From NCBI RefSeq assembly GCF_001194135.2, contig NC_068988.1:23255095-23319094 (forward strand): a stretch of DNA of 64,000 nt, read 5' to 3'. The first letter of the stretch is position 1, and every line of letters begins with the position of its first letter. Made by a program: the position numbers and the translations under genes. Under the pieces are notes generated by a model. That model ran no database searches. It worked only from the letters and a program-made list of their open reading frames with translations, and was not told the DNA's origin. This DNA comes from Octopus bimaculoides. Taxonomy: Eukaryota. Shown one piece after another: positions 48,496 through 61,128 of this stretch.

Positions 48496-49115
48496 NNNNN
48501 NNNNNNNNNNNNNNNNNNNNNNNNNNNNNNNNNNNNNNNNNNNNNNNNNNNNNNNNNNNNNNNNNNNNNNNNNNNNNNNNNNNNNNNNNNNNNNNNNNNN
48601 NNNNNNNNNNNNNNNNNNNNNNNNNNNNNNNNNNNNNNNNNNNNNNNNNNNNNNNNNNNNNNNNNNNNNNNNNNNNNNNNNNNNNNNNNNNNNNNNNNNN
48701 NNNNNNNNNNNNNNNNNNNNNNNNNNNNNNNNNNNNNNNNNNNNNNNNNNNNNNNNNNNNNNNNNNNNNNNNNNNNNNNNNNNNNNNNNNNNNNNNNNNN
48801 NNNNNNNNNNNNNNNNNNNNNNNNNNNNNNNNNNNNNNNNNNNNNNNNNNNNNNNNNNNNNNNNNNNNNNNNNNNNNNNNNNNNNNNNNNNNNNNNNNNN
48901 NNNNNNNNNNNNNNNNNNNNNNNNNNNNNNNNNNNNNNNNNNNNNNNNNNNNNNNNNNNNNNNNNNNNNNNNNNNNNNNNNNNNNNNNNNNNNNNNNNNN
49001 NNNNNNNNNNNNNNNNNNNNNNNNNNNNNNNNNNNNNNNNNNNNNNNNNNNNNNNNNNNNNNNNNNNNNNNNNNNNNNNNNNNNNNNNNNNNNNNNNNNN
49101 NNNNNNNNNNNNNNN

Positions 49116-49178
<63 letters not shown>

Positions 49179-49472
49179 ATATACACATATGTATAATATA
49201 TAATTAAGTAGCTGTATGTTCACACACATACACTTCCAGACACACCCACGCACACAAACACATTTAAAGAGCAAAGTAGAAGAGGTGATAATAAAAAAAA
49301 AAACAGAATCAAGAATCTCCTTAGACCATCTGTTCTTGGAGATTTTGGAACAAAAGAGATCGAAATACAGATACCCTCATCACACCTCGTCATCATTCTT
49401 ACCCTCATCACCAACATCACCATCACCATCATAGACCTGTCTGTTATAGATTGTATGTATGTTGCCCTGCAG

Positions 49473-49585
49473 AGGAGATCTCACTGTAGGACTAGAATTG
49501 CATTCTGCAGCCGTGGCAGACGGCATGACACCAATCTGTGACACACAGCGGCGCAATTATGGTATCTCTTGAGACGGAGGAGCTG
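49473..49585. CDS. GC/CpG-rich unique island, candidate exon; strand unresolved
   Basis: Plus 49473-49561 (ctgcag|...|gtatct) reads GDLTVGLELHSAAVADGMTPICDTQRRNY; minus 49485-49585 (tttccag|...|gtgaga) reads QLLRLKRYHNCAAVCHRLVSCRLPRLQNAILVL. Confidence 0.3.
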
Positions 49586-49705
49586 CTGGAAATGATTGAT
49601 TCTGTCTCTTGTATATTTTGATCTCTCCTCCCCTTCCTCCCTCTTGCTCTCTCACTCTCACTCTCTCTATGCTATGTTATAGTCTGGCTGTATTGATAAA
49701 CTATA

Positions 49706-50406
49706 TTGAAAGCAACCACTGCTATCACCACCACCTCTACTATTACTACTACTACACCAACCACCACCACCACCTCTACTACTACTACTACACTAACCAC
49801 CAGCACCACTACTACTTCTACTACCATGCCAACCACCACCACTACCACCTGTACTACTACTACACCAGCCACCACCAGCACCACCTCTACTACTACTATA
49901 CCAACCACCACCTCTACTACTACTACCACACCAACCACCACCACCTCTACTACTACTACACCAACCACCACCACCACCACCTCTACTACTACACCAACCA
50001 CCACTACTACTACTGCTACACCAACCACCACCATTACTACAATAACCATCACCACCACCACCTCTACTACTGCCATTACTACCTTCACTATTATTACTAT
50101 CACCAACACCACCACCACTGCTAACTTTCTGTCTATGTCCAGAGTATCAAACCAATTGACTTGACACATTGTTGCTTATCATGTCTGTCTGTTTGTTGCT
50201 GATGTTGTTCCTCATGTCCCGAATGTATGTTTATTCAGTTTCCATTTTATCAGACTTAATCCCAGATTATCCCCAGATAAGCAATGAATTAACAGACTCA
50301 TTAGAGGGTCGGATAGAATGCCTTGCAGTATTTAGTTTTGGTTTACGGTGCTTAGGGTTCGAATAGAACCATGGTGATGATGATGATCATCATCATCACC
50401 ATCATT

Positions 50407-50439
<33 letters not shown>

Positions 50440-50538
50440 GCTGTTGATGTCGTCATCATCATCATCATCATTACCATCATCCACCACCACCACCACTACT
50501 ACAATAACAAACACCACTGTTACTACTACTACTGCCAT

Positions 50539-50571
<33 letters not shown>

Positions 50572-50880
50572 AGCTACTACTACTACATCAACCACCACCG
50601 ACACCACCTCTATTACTACTGCTACACCAACCACCACCACCACCGCCAACACTACTACAACCACCGCTACAACTACATTAACTAACACCACTGTTACTAC
50701 TACTACTGCCATTACTACTACTGCTACACCAACCACCACCATTTCTACTATTACTACTACAACCACCACCACCACTACTACAATAATCAACACCACTGTT
50801 ACTACTACTACTACTACTGTTACTACTACTACCATTTTCATCATCGTCGTTGTCATCATCATCATATTCATTGCCGTCAT
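49706..50880. repeat. Two cryptic (ACT/ACC)n and (ATC)n trinucleotide fields
   Basis: ~27-33-nt recurring unit ccaaccaccaccacctctactactactaca; shared motif ctactactgccattactac. Confidence 0.9.
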
Positions 50881-51490
50881 CATCATCATTATTTAACGTC
50901 CATTTTCCATGCTGGTATGGGTTGGATGGTTTACCAAGAGCTGGCAAAACCAGAAGCTGCATCAGATTCCTTGGTTCCTTTTGGCATGGTTTCTGTAGCT
51001 GTGCAGCCTCCCTAACACCAACCACTTCACTGAATGTATTCGGTGCTTTTTATATGGCACCAGCACCAGAACTTTTAATATGGCACGATCACCAGTGCTT
51101 TTTATGTGGCACCATCACCAGTATCAGAACTTTTCTGCTATAGGTCTCGACCAACCAATGCCTTAAGTGAATTTGGTAGATGGCAAACTGTGTTGACGTC
51201 CATCATAATCTATTCATATATATATATATATATATATCATCATCATCATCATCATCATTTAACGTCCATTTACCATGCTAGCATGGGTTGGAGGGTTCAA
51301 CTGGGGTCTGGGAAGCCAAGAGGCTGTACCAGGCTCCAGTCTGATCTGGCAGTGTTTCTACAACTGGACGCCCTTCCTAATGCCAACCACTTCGTGAGTG
51401 TAGTGGGTGCTTTTAACGTGCCACTGGCACAGGCCAGAGGAGGGTGGCAACGGCCACGATCGGTTGGTGCTTTTTACGTGCCATGACCTC
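50875..51490 (-). mobile_element. Two family A elements separated by a family B fragment; B tail follows at ~51510-51680
   Basis: Tails at ~50880 and ~51240. Confidence 0.8.
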
Positions 51491-52564
51491 ATATTTGTTC
51501 TCCTACTGTTTGACAACCATGCTGGTTTGTTTACATCCCTGCAACTTAGCAGATTGGCAAAAGAGGGCAGTAGATTAAATACCAGATTCTGAAACATTAA
51601 GTAATTCTGTCAATATGTTTGGCTAAACCTGTCAAGGTGGTGCCACAGCATGGCCGCAGTCTAGTGACTGGTGCAAGCGAGAGTGGAGAGACTAAAAACG
51701 GCAAGGTTTCATTTCACGGAGATTTTGTTGTTATTTCTAGCATGTTATGCAAACAAACCTGTAGAGGCTTTCTTATTGATTTGTTGGTGGTAACAATTTC
51801 TAAATGGATTGAGCAAAGTATTGCAGGAAATAAAAATAAGATAAACAAAAAAAGAAAAAGAAAAAGAAAAATAAGTACGTTAATATATAAATAAATAAAT
51901 AAATAAATAAATAACAATCGACAATGAAAGAGAACTAAAGAAGACATGAAATAAATTAAAGGTATCAAGCATATAGATAATTAACAAAAATATTATTAAC
52001 CAGATTAACAAACTAGTCGTAATTTTATTGACAGAAGAAAAGTAAAGTCCATTATGTTGACAGAATGAAATTAAACAGACAGAAAATGTTAAAATGACTG
52101 ACAGAAAATTGTAATTCTTTGACAGAGAAATAATAAAGTAACGGGAAAATCGAAATGAAATACCAATATAATTGTTGTAATGCAAGTGGTTAATTGTATT
52201 ATTGAGGCGTTTTTATCTCAGTTAGTGTACGTCTACAAGCATGTATGTATATCTGTGTATATATGTGTGTGTATGTATGTATATGTATGCATATCTGTGT
52301 ATATGTGTGTATGTATATGCATGTATGTATATGTATGAATATGTGTGTATGTATGTATATGTGGGTATATGTGTGTATGTATGTATATGTATGTATATGT
52401 GTGTATGTATGTATGTTTGTATGTATATGTATGTATGTGTATGTTTGTATGTATGTTTGTATGTATATGTATGTATATGTATGTATGTGTATGTTTGTAT
52501 GTATGTATGTATGTTTGTGCATATGTGTTTGTGTGTATATTTATGTATATGCGTACATACATAT

Positions 52565-52616
<52 letters not shown>

Positions 52617-52786
52617 GTATATCTGCATAGACTGACAAAAATGTTCAAGCATACATGCATAAGTATTATATATATACATACACATAGGTGCATAGATACA
52701 TATGTATACATATATATATTTAAATATACATATATATGCACATACACATTTCTACATATAAAAATATATACATACTTTCACACTAA

Positions 52787-52862
<76 letters not shown>

Positions 52863-52891
52863 CACAACCATGCACACACACATATATTCAC

Positions 52892-52924
<33 letters not shown>

Positions 52925-53564
52925 CAAATGATAATAGCATGAAAACACTGGAAAACAACTGAATAAAGTAAAAAAAAAATTAAATTTTTAAAAAATAAAT
53001 TCCGGTTTAAACGATGTTACAGAAGCTTATGTGCGTATGCGTCTGGGATCTGTGTGTATGTGTGTAGATACATATCTGTGTGAGTGTGTGTGTGTATGTG
53101 TGTGTGTTTGAAGGAGAGAGAGAGTATATAAGAGGATGATTTAATTAGATTGACTGAATAAGTTAATTAAATTGTCAGAGAAACTCAATTATACATACTA
53201 GAACAGTTAATAAACTGAACAAGAGGAGGTGATCAGAGGAAGAGTGGGAGTAGAGAGTGAGAGAAAGGGAGGGGGAGTGGAATCAGTGAGGTCAAGTTGG
53301 CGGTGGTGGTGGTGTTAGTGGTGGTGGAAGTGGGGGAGGATGATTGAAAGAGGAAAGATGAGTGAATGTGAGACCGAAGAGAGAGAGAGGTAGAGAGAGT
53401 GAGAAGTAGACAGAGAGAGGTAGAGAGAGTGAGAAGTAGGCAGAGAGGGAGAGGAAGAGAGAGAGAGAATGACTGTGGAGATTATATAGGTGAAGAAGTA
53501 AAGGTGAAAAAAGTATGTGAGAGGGAAAGAGAGAAAGAGAGAGGGTAAATGAGAGAGATTACCT

Positions 53565-53602
<38 letters not shown>

Positions 53603-53929
53603 GTGGAAAAAGCATGAGAGAAACTGAGACGAATTTAGGAGAAGGAAAAAACAGACGCAAAGAACGAGTTCTGATATATTTCGACCTCCTCCTCCCCTTC
53701 TACACCCCTTCACACCCACTTGTCATATCAAAAAAAAATAAATGAATTAAAACGCATAGAAACAAAACACACACACAAAAAAAATAATGAATACAAATAT
53801 AGTGGAAATGAAAGATTAAGCAATTAAAAAAAAAAATTTTTTTTTTCATCCTTAATCTAATTTTCAATGTCATTATTTTGTTTCATTGGAAAACAACCAA
53901 AAGAATTATTATTATTATTATTATTATTG

Positions 53930-54389
53930 AGTGAGGAAGCAGTGCCAGCCATCAAAGTGACACTGGGGTAAAATATATGAAGCCCAATAGACCCATCATG
54001 ACAACCCATCTCATAAGGGTACACCAGGCACATGCATCACAACAATATGTGCACGACATGGTGATCTGATATCAAGTTAAACAGTGCATGACCTTGCAGG
54101 TGGGGAGCCCAGTTAGAATTTTCTTCAGGTCGAATAACTCATCCCACTCAAAATGTCCCTTAATAAAGGTTGTTTAAGGATGATGAACAAAACGCCCTTA
54201 TTTCCAGAGGTGAATTGTTCAAACCCTAAAGAACCCCCCTCAACACATGACTATGATGCCCCCCCCCCCACTACNNNNNNNNNNCCTCAACACATGACTA
54301 TGATGCCCCCCCCCCCACTACTTCTGCTCATGATCAAAGATGCACATCTCGTCAGCCACTACGAGATATGCTCAACTGGTTAAGATCAA
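53930..54389 (-). mobile_element. Family K: unclassified ~430-bp element flanked by (TAA)n
   Basis: Minus strand ends ...gtcactttgatggctggcactgcttcctcactc-(AAT)n; 11-bp hairpin near its other end (54341-54370); no pol III A/B boxes seen; single copy in the window, recalled as an interspersed octopus repeat. Confidence 0.55.
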
Positions 54390-54420
54390 ATTATCATTAT
54401 TATTCTTAATATTATTATAT

Positions 54421-54950
54421 GAAAACTCACAGCTCATTTTGCTGGGTATGATGGAACGTGTCAGCTGTCCACAACCAGCAGACTAAGGTGACGCTTGTTT
54501 ACTGGTCATGCTTCAAGAACCCTACGCAGAATTCTTGCAGTTCCAAGCAATACTGATTTTTGTAGGTGTTCTACCTTCACACTTGCACCAATCTTTTTCA
54601 GCCATGTTGGTAGTTGAGTGTTGATACTTCCAAGTGCACCAATTACTATTGGTATTACGTCTACTCTCTTCATTGACAACAACCTTCGTATTTCTCACTT
54701 TAAATCATCATAGTTGTTTATATTTTCTTCTTCTTTCACCGGGGCATGCTATGTCGATAGTCATATATGTTCTTTCTTTTTTATTCACTACAACAATGTC
54801 CAATTTCCTATGTCTGGTCAATTGATCACACTGGATTATTACATCCCACAAGATTTTGCAGTTATCATTTTCGGTGACTCCTTCTGGGGTTTGTTCATAC
54901 CACGTCTTTGCTTTTTGTAGGCCATGATTCCTACAGAGCTCCCAATGGAT
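54421..54950 (-). mobile_element. 5'-truncated R4/Dong-clade LINE (RLE domain plus 3' UTR), frameshifted, flanked by (TAA)n
   Basis: HWELCRNHG...WYEQTPEGVTENDNCKILWDVIIQCDQLTRHRKLDIVVVNKKERTYMTIDIACPG / NYDDLK*EIRRLLSMKRVDVIPIVIGALGSI...HLQKSVLLGTARILRRVLEA*. Confidence 0.9.
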
Positions 54951-54982
54951 CATTATTATTATTGTTATTATCATGCCGCCGA

Positions 54983-55066
54983 GTTTAAATCTCCCTTCCA
55001 TCATTTTGAGGCCAATGAAATAAGTACCTGTTGAGCACTGGGAGGCAGGGGAATCGATGTAGCCCA
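54983..55066 (+). mobile_element. Family C SINE fragment
   Basis: cttccatcattttgaggccaatgaaataagtacctgttgagcactggg resembles the C core cctttcatcctttcggggtcgataaaataagtaccagtt...cactggg. Confidence 0.6.
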
Positions 55067-56497
55067 CTTCACTTCTCCCACAAAATACCAGTCCTTCTCT
55101 GAGTGGTTGGCATTAGGAAGGCAGGGCATCCAATGGTAGAAACCATGCTTTTCTGCTTGGCCAGCCCTGGTCAAACTGCCCAGCCCATGTACAACAAAAG
55201 AAGAAGATTGATGATGACAATGAAGAGGAAGAGGACTTAAGAACCATCTCTGTCCTGTATTATTCGCGTATCGATGTTACTGCCCACCTAGAATGGGCCC
55301 ACTTGAAATTTGGCTTGGGTGGCCCATGTCTTGTGTCATTCATTCCGTTTTGGCATATGTTCTTAATCTACATAATAGTTCAGACATTAATTTTACTGAA
55401 TACTTCAAATCTGACTCACAAAGAAACAGAAGCAGGAAATAGTTTTTAATTACTTTATTAAATGAGTCAGTGCCAGATTAAATGTATACTTTTAATTAAA
55501 CCAACCATAAAAACTATATGAGTGTGGAATGATGAAATATAAAGACTGAAACTATTTATTTTTCCTTTTTGTCTTTTGAGGTCAGCTTTGACTAATCCTT
55601 GCTTGTTAATTTTGCATGGTTTTCTTAAAATGGTGACATGTCAAAATTAAAAGTGAAAGCTTGGAAGTAGGTCTTACACTATTTCAGAAAAGATATAAAA
55701 AGTGACAAATTCGTAATGCGACACCAGCACTTAGTGGTTTAAAAAAAAAAAAAAAGAAAGAAAGAAAAAATGGCATAAGTGGACAAAAAGTAAATGGATG
55801 AAAACATCTTTTTGAAATATTTTGAAGATTTAATAAAAAAATGTTTTGAAACATTGGAATAAAAATGGAAAGAGCTGTAATAAAAAATCTAAAAATTAAT
55901 TTTAATTAAAGTAATAAATGATTATTATATTGCAGTAGTTTTTAAAATCCACTTCTTCATAGCTGAATCAGTTGAGCAGAATTTATTTAGACAGATTTTC
56001 CTATGGCTATGCGCCCTTTCTGTCAACAAAAACCCTTGTCTGTTACTAATCTGTTGCCAGGCTAGGAAATATTTCCTCGTGTCCAGATTAGAAATAAAGG
56101 ACACTGATTAATTAGCAGTGACACTCATTTACAATTGTCACACATTGTCAAGACAAGGAGACATTAAGGGACAAACATGCACACATCATCATCATTTAAT
56201 GTCTGTTTTCCCATGCTGGCATGAGTTGGATGCTTTGACCAAAGCTGACCAGCCAAAAGGCTTTTCAGGCTCCATGTTTCTTTTGGCATAGTTTCTATTA
56301 CATATATACATATNNNNNNNNNNGTTTCCATCCTACAGAGGTGATAATGGATTGATAGTTCAAATACCAGTTATATACTGTGGTTGATTAGACTTTCTTG
56401 CAGACAGACACTCCTGATGTTGCTCTTTGACATTATGACTTTGCAACTCATTAATTTGTGTATATATATATACATATGTATGTGTGTGTGTGTAGGC

Positions 56498-56610
56498 TCC
56501 ATTAGATTGGAGCCTGGTGTTGCCATCCGGTTTCACCAGTCCTCAGTCAAATCGTCCAACCCATGCTAGCATGGAAAGCGGACGTTAAACGATGATGATG
56601 ATGATGATGA
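56498..56610 (+). mobile_element. Young 5'-truncated family A element
   Basis: Identical over ~66 nt to window positions 1-66. Confidence 0.9.
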
Positions 56611-57685
56611 TATATATATATATAGATAGATAGAGAGGCAGATAGATAGACAGAAGACAGACAGATAGATAGCTGTGTGTGTGGTGGGCTTCTTTTAATT
56701 TCTGTTTACTAAACACATTCAAAGGGCTTTGGTCGGCTGGGGGGCTTATAGTAGAAGACACTTAAGGTGCCACACAGTGGGAGTGAACCTGAAGCCCATG
56801 AAGTTGAAAAGCAAACTTCTTAACCACAGAACCACACCTATACCTACTACACCTTAATTTTGGAATTGTATTTGTCTGGCAAGCAATGATTATGTCTGAG
56901 ACTGTGTTCAAACTGAAACTGCTACATCATGAAAGAACCATCTCGAAGGCTAAAGTCGTCTGTAAAACACATAAAAACTGTTAAATTCACTTTTCAACTA
57001 TTTCTTGATGTGTCAAATACTTCCATCACACTGCTGATGCCTGATTCAGTTCCACTGCAGCTGTTTGAAATTTGGTTGCTAAACTTTGCTGGTGTGAAAA
57101 ATATTTTTACACTTCAAAATTGATATAATTTTCAACTAATCCTTGTTTGTTATATTGCTTGATGGCTTTCTTGTTACCTTTCTGTTATTGGAGAATCCTG
57201 AATGCCCCTATGTAACTGAAGATGGACCAAAAGATTAAAATGAATAAGAACTGAGTGAATTGTCAGTAGGGGGAGTTGACTGTGTTAGCTCAACTGTGTT
57301 GGTTTACCATGTTAGTTCGACATGTGTCGAACTACAACACCTCATCACCAACATTTCTACTTATTTCCAGCAACTCCAAACCCAGTCCCAAGTAACATGA
57401 GGTAGCTTCATATCCCTTTGTAGCAAGGCACTTGTGCCTGTTATTCTGTTACTATAGAATCTTGAACACCCCCACATAACTAATGGTGGACTAACTTATA
57501 ACAATAAATAAGAATTGAGTGAATTGTCAGCAGGGGTAGTTGATGGTGTTAGTTTGACCGTATGTTGGTTTAACAGTTGTAGTCGAACAGTGAATACTGA
57601 GTATCGTACGTATGTTCGAGTAGTACGGAGTGCATTCTCTGTTAACATATATTTTCTGTGATAGGTTATTTTTAGATTCTATTAT

Positions 57686-57930
57686 TCTTTTACTTGTTTC
57701 GGTCATTTGACTGTGGCCATGGTGGAGCACTGCCTTTAGTCAAACAAATCGACCCCAGGATTTATTCTTTGTAAGCCTAGTACTTATTCTATTGGTCTCT
57801 TTTTCCGAACTGCTAGGTTACAGGGAAGTAAACACACCAGCATCAGTTGTCAAGCTATGGTGGGGGGGACAAACACAGACACAAACAAACGCATACACAT
57901 ACACGTGCACACACACACACACATATATAC

Positions 57931-57976
<46 letters not shown>

Positions 57977-58353
57977 CTTTATTGCCCACAAGGGGCTAAA
58001 CATAGAGGGGACAAACAAGGATAGACAATGGGATTAAGTCGATTACATCGACCCCAGTGCATAACTGGTACTTAATTTATTGACCCTGAAAGGATGAAAG
58101 GTAAAGTCGACCTCGGTGGGATTTGAACTCAGAACATAGCAGCAGACAAAATACCGCTAAGCATTTTGCCCAGCGTGCTAACATTTCTGCAAGCTTGCCT
58201 CTTCCAGTTTCCATCTACCAAATCCATTCACAAAGCTTTGATCAGCCCGAGGCTATAGTAAAAGACACTTGCCCAAGGTGGGATGCAGTGGGACTGACCC
58301 CGGAATCATGTGGTTGGGAAGCGAGCTTCTTACCACACAGCCACTCCTGCGCC
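57686..58353 (-). mobile_element. Family B SINE interrupted in its internal microsatellite by a family C SINE
   Basis: B tail 57686-57890, (CA)(TA)n, C copy, then B head 58200-58353. Confidence 0.85.
57972..58200 (-). mobile_element. Family C SINE (tail variant C1), nested
   Basis: Near-identical to 13950-14175. Confidence 0.9.
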
Positions 58354-58362
58354 TATTATTAA

Positions 58363-58401
<39 letters not shown>

Positions 58402-58419
58402 CTTTGCTGGTGTCATGTA

Positions 58420-58645
58420 TAAACACTCTTGCTGGTGTCACATAAAAAGCAGCCATGGAGTGCCACGTAACACCAACCCAGCACATTGTGTAAAGTGGTT
58501 GGCATTAGGAAGGGCATCCAGCCATCGAAACCATGCCAAATCAGATGGGAGCCCGGTGCAGCACTTTGGCTTACCTGCTCGGGTCAAACTGTCCAACCCA
58601 TGCCAGCATGGACAACATCATTAAATGATGATGATGATGATGATG
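58420..58645 (+). mobile_element. Family A element
   Basis: ggttggcattaggaagggcatccagccatcgaaacc...ccaacccatgccagcatgg...(GAT)n. Confidence 0.8.
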
Positions 58646-58851
58646 TTTGTGTCTGTATTGTATGTGTGTGGAACTGTCTATGCCTGTGTGTATATATGTA
58701 TGTTATGTACATTTGTATGTAATGTATGTATGTATATAATGTATGTTATGTATGTATGCATGTCTCTATTTATATGTGTATATCTGTGTATCGTTATATG
58801 TGTATATATATGTGTGTGTGTGTATGTATATATATGTATTTATATACACAA

Positions 58852-58882
<31 letters not shown>

Positions 58883-59036
58883 CATATATGTATTTATATA
58901 TATATGTATATATATGTATTCATATACATATATATATATATATGTATATATATATTTATATGCATATATATATACATATATATGTATATATATATTTATA
59001 TGCATATATATATACATATATATGTATATATATATT

Positions 59037-59092
<56 letters not shown>

Positions 59093-60004
59093 AAATACAA
59101 ACAGATGAGTGAAGCAATTAAATAATAATCACCGGGAATAAGAAAAACAAAACAGAAAACTAACTAAAAAAACATAACAAAATAAACACGTAAAAAAAAA
59201 CAACATAATTAATCAGAAATATTTTTCCTGTCTTAATTAGATTTAACTTTATTGTTTTTCGTTAAATTACAAATAATTACCAATTATCGTTTGTCAGTTT
59301 ATTATTCTCAAGATTGATTCAACAGCAGACAATTGAAACAAATGGTATTTGGGCTAGAGACTCTTGTCTCCCCATATTGCTTTTGTCTGTTGATTGTTTG
59401 GTGTTTTTTCTGTTTTTTGTTTCCAACTAGATGGTGGTGGTGATGGTGGTTGTTGTGTTGGAGGTATTGTGGTTGAGAGTGGGTGGTGCCAGGTTGTGAT
59501 TTTACCCTGTGGGTCATAAACGATCTTGCAGTCACATGATCAAAAGTAAGACGTGGCTGACTTTGATTCCGCCCCACTCACACCACCACCGACATCTTGC
59601 ATTGGGACTGCCTCCAAACCTTAACCTTTAGCACACTGTAAGTGCAACATGTCACGCTATGAGTTTTCTCCCCTATAGTAACAGTGCAGTAGCAGGGGAA
59701 ACAATTCTGGAGAAAATGCAGTAACCTAAAGGTTAGCAATTATCAAATGGAGACTTCAAGTGTTTTTTTTTTTAATGACAGGCAGGTGTTATTTGAGGGA
59801 GATTTTGCAACTGGTTTTAGCAGCTCATTCAGCCATATAGAGGCTCTGTTGATGATGATTGTGGTGGTGATGGTAGTTTTATCTATTGATTGCTTTTGGT
59901 ATTTGGCAGTAGAAGTACATGAAGATGGTAATGAAACCAGCAGTGGATGGCACTATGTTGTAATTTTAGCCCCAGATCTTTAATGAGCATACAGATGTAT
60001 GAGC

Positions 60005-60860
60005 AAAGATGTTTCTGGGTTCAGTCCCACTGTGTGATACCTTGGGCAAATATATTCTACAGTCCCAGATGAACCAAAGCCTCATGAATAGATTTAGTAG
60101 ATAGAAAGAAGCCTGCCATACATATATGTGTGTGTGTGTAGTTGTTTGTGTGTATGTAGTTGTTTATATGTGTGTGTATGTGTGTATCTTCTTGGCTTGA
60201 CCTTGGCATCTTGCGATAGTTGTAATACGGTTGTCACTGCCATACAAGCAGTGTCATTGGTTTTTAACATTCTATGAAAACATATTTGGAAATAGGTAAA
60301 CATTACCTTGCTTGAAAAGAGGCAAGGGTTGGCAACAGGAAGGGCATCCAACCATAGAAATTCTTCCTCAATCTGACCCATGCCTGGATGACAAAGTGGG
60401 TATTAAATTATGACGACAATCATGATGATGATGGTGATGATGGTCATCATCATCATCATCATCATCATTTAATGTCCACTTTTTCATACTTGCATTGGAT
60501 CGAATGTAGTTTGTTGAGGCAGATTTTCTACGGCTGGATGCCCTTCCTTTCACCAACCATCACCTATTTCCAACTAAAGTAATATTTCCCCATGGCCTGA
60601 TATGTTTTTCATGGAAGACCCTAAGCTAATAGCATCACCTGTATTATGCTGATTCTCATCTACAACCAATATGTGATATCAATACAAAGGTTACACATGC
60701 ACATATATGATGGGCTTCATTCAATTTCCATCTACAAAATTCACTCACAAGTCATTAATCACCTTCAGCTGTTGTAGAAAACACTTTCCCAAGTTACTGT
60801 GCTGTGGGACTGAACCCAAGACCACAATGTTTAAAAGCAAGCTTTTTATCCATGCTCCCA
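60005..60860. mobile_element. Tail-to-tail pair of chimeric SINEs (B head + distinct middle + A-like tail)
   Basis: Plus copy ~60005-60425 and minus copy ~60465-60860 share the (GAT/CAT)n tract; related middle and tail pieces at ~16860-17050, ~46270-46640 and ~55990-56180. Confidence 0.7.
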
Positions 60861-60865
60861 CATCC

Positions 60866-60918
<53 letters not shown>

Positions 60919-61085
60919 ACTGTCTGTTTATCTGTCTGTCTAACTATTGAACCGTCTATCTATCTGTTTATCTATTTATCTATGTTTGTCAGTCAGTCTA
61001 TCATCTGTCTGTGTCTCTCTCTCTCTTTTTCTCCCTCTCTCTTTATCTATCTATCTCTATATATCTATCTATTTATTTATCTATC

Positions 61086-61128
<43 letters not shown>

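Noticed and set aside
49706-50896. Thr-rich 'mucin-like' ORFs (152 aa and 150 aa)
   Set aside because: (ACT/ACC)n repeats are stop-free in several frames on both strands; no signal peptide, splice context or non-repetitive domain.
54234-54320. 36-bp direct repeat cctcaacacatgactatgatgccccccccccactac
   Set aside because: The copies sit on either side of a 10-N gap; typical unmerged contig overlap.
59308-59960. His-rich and other open frames on the minus strand
   Set aside because: Several alternative frames and acceptors, partly low-complexity, with no recognisable homology; no single model could be supported.
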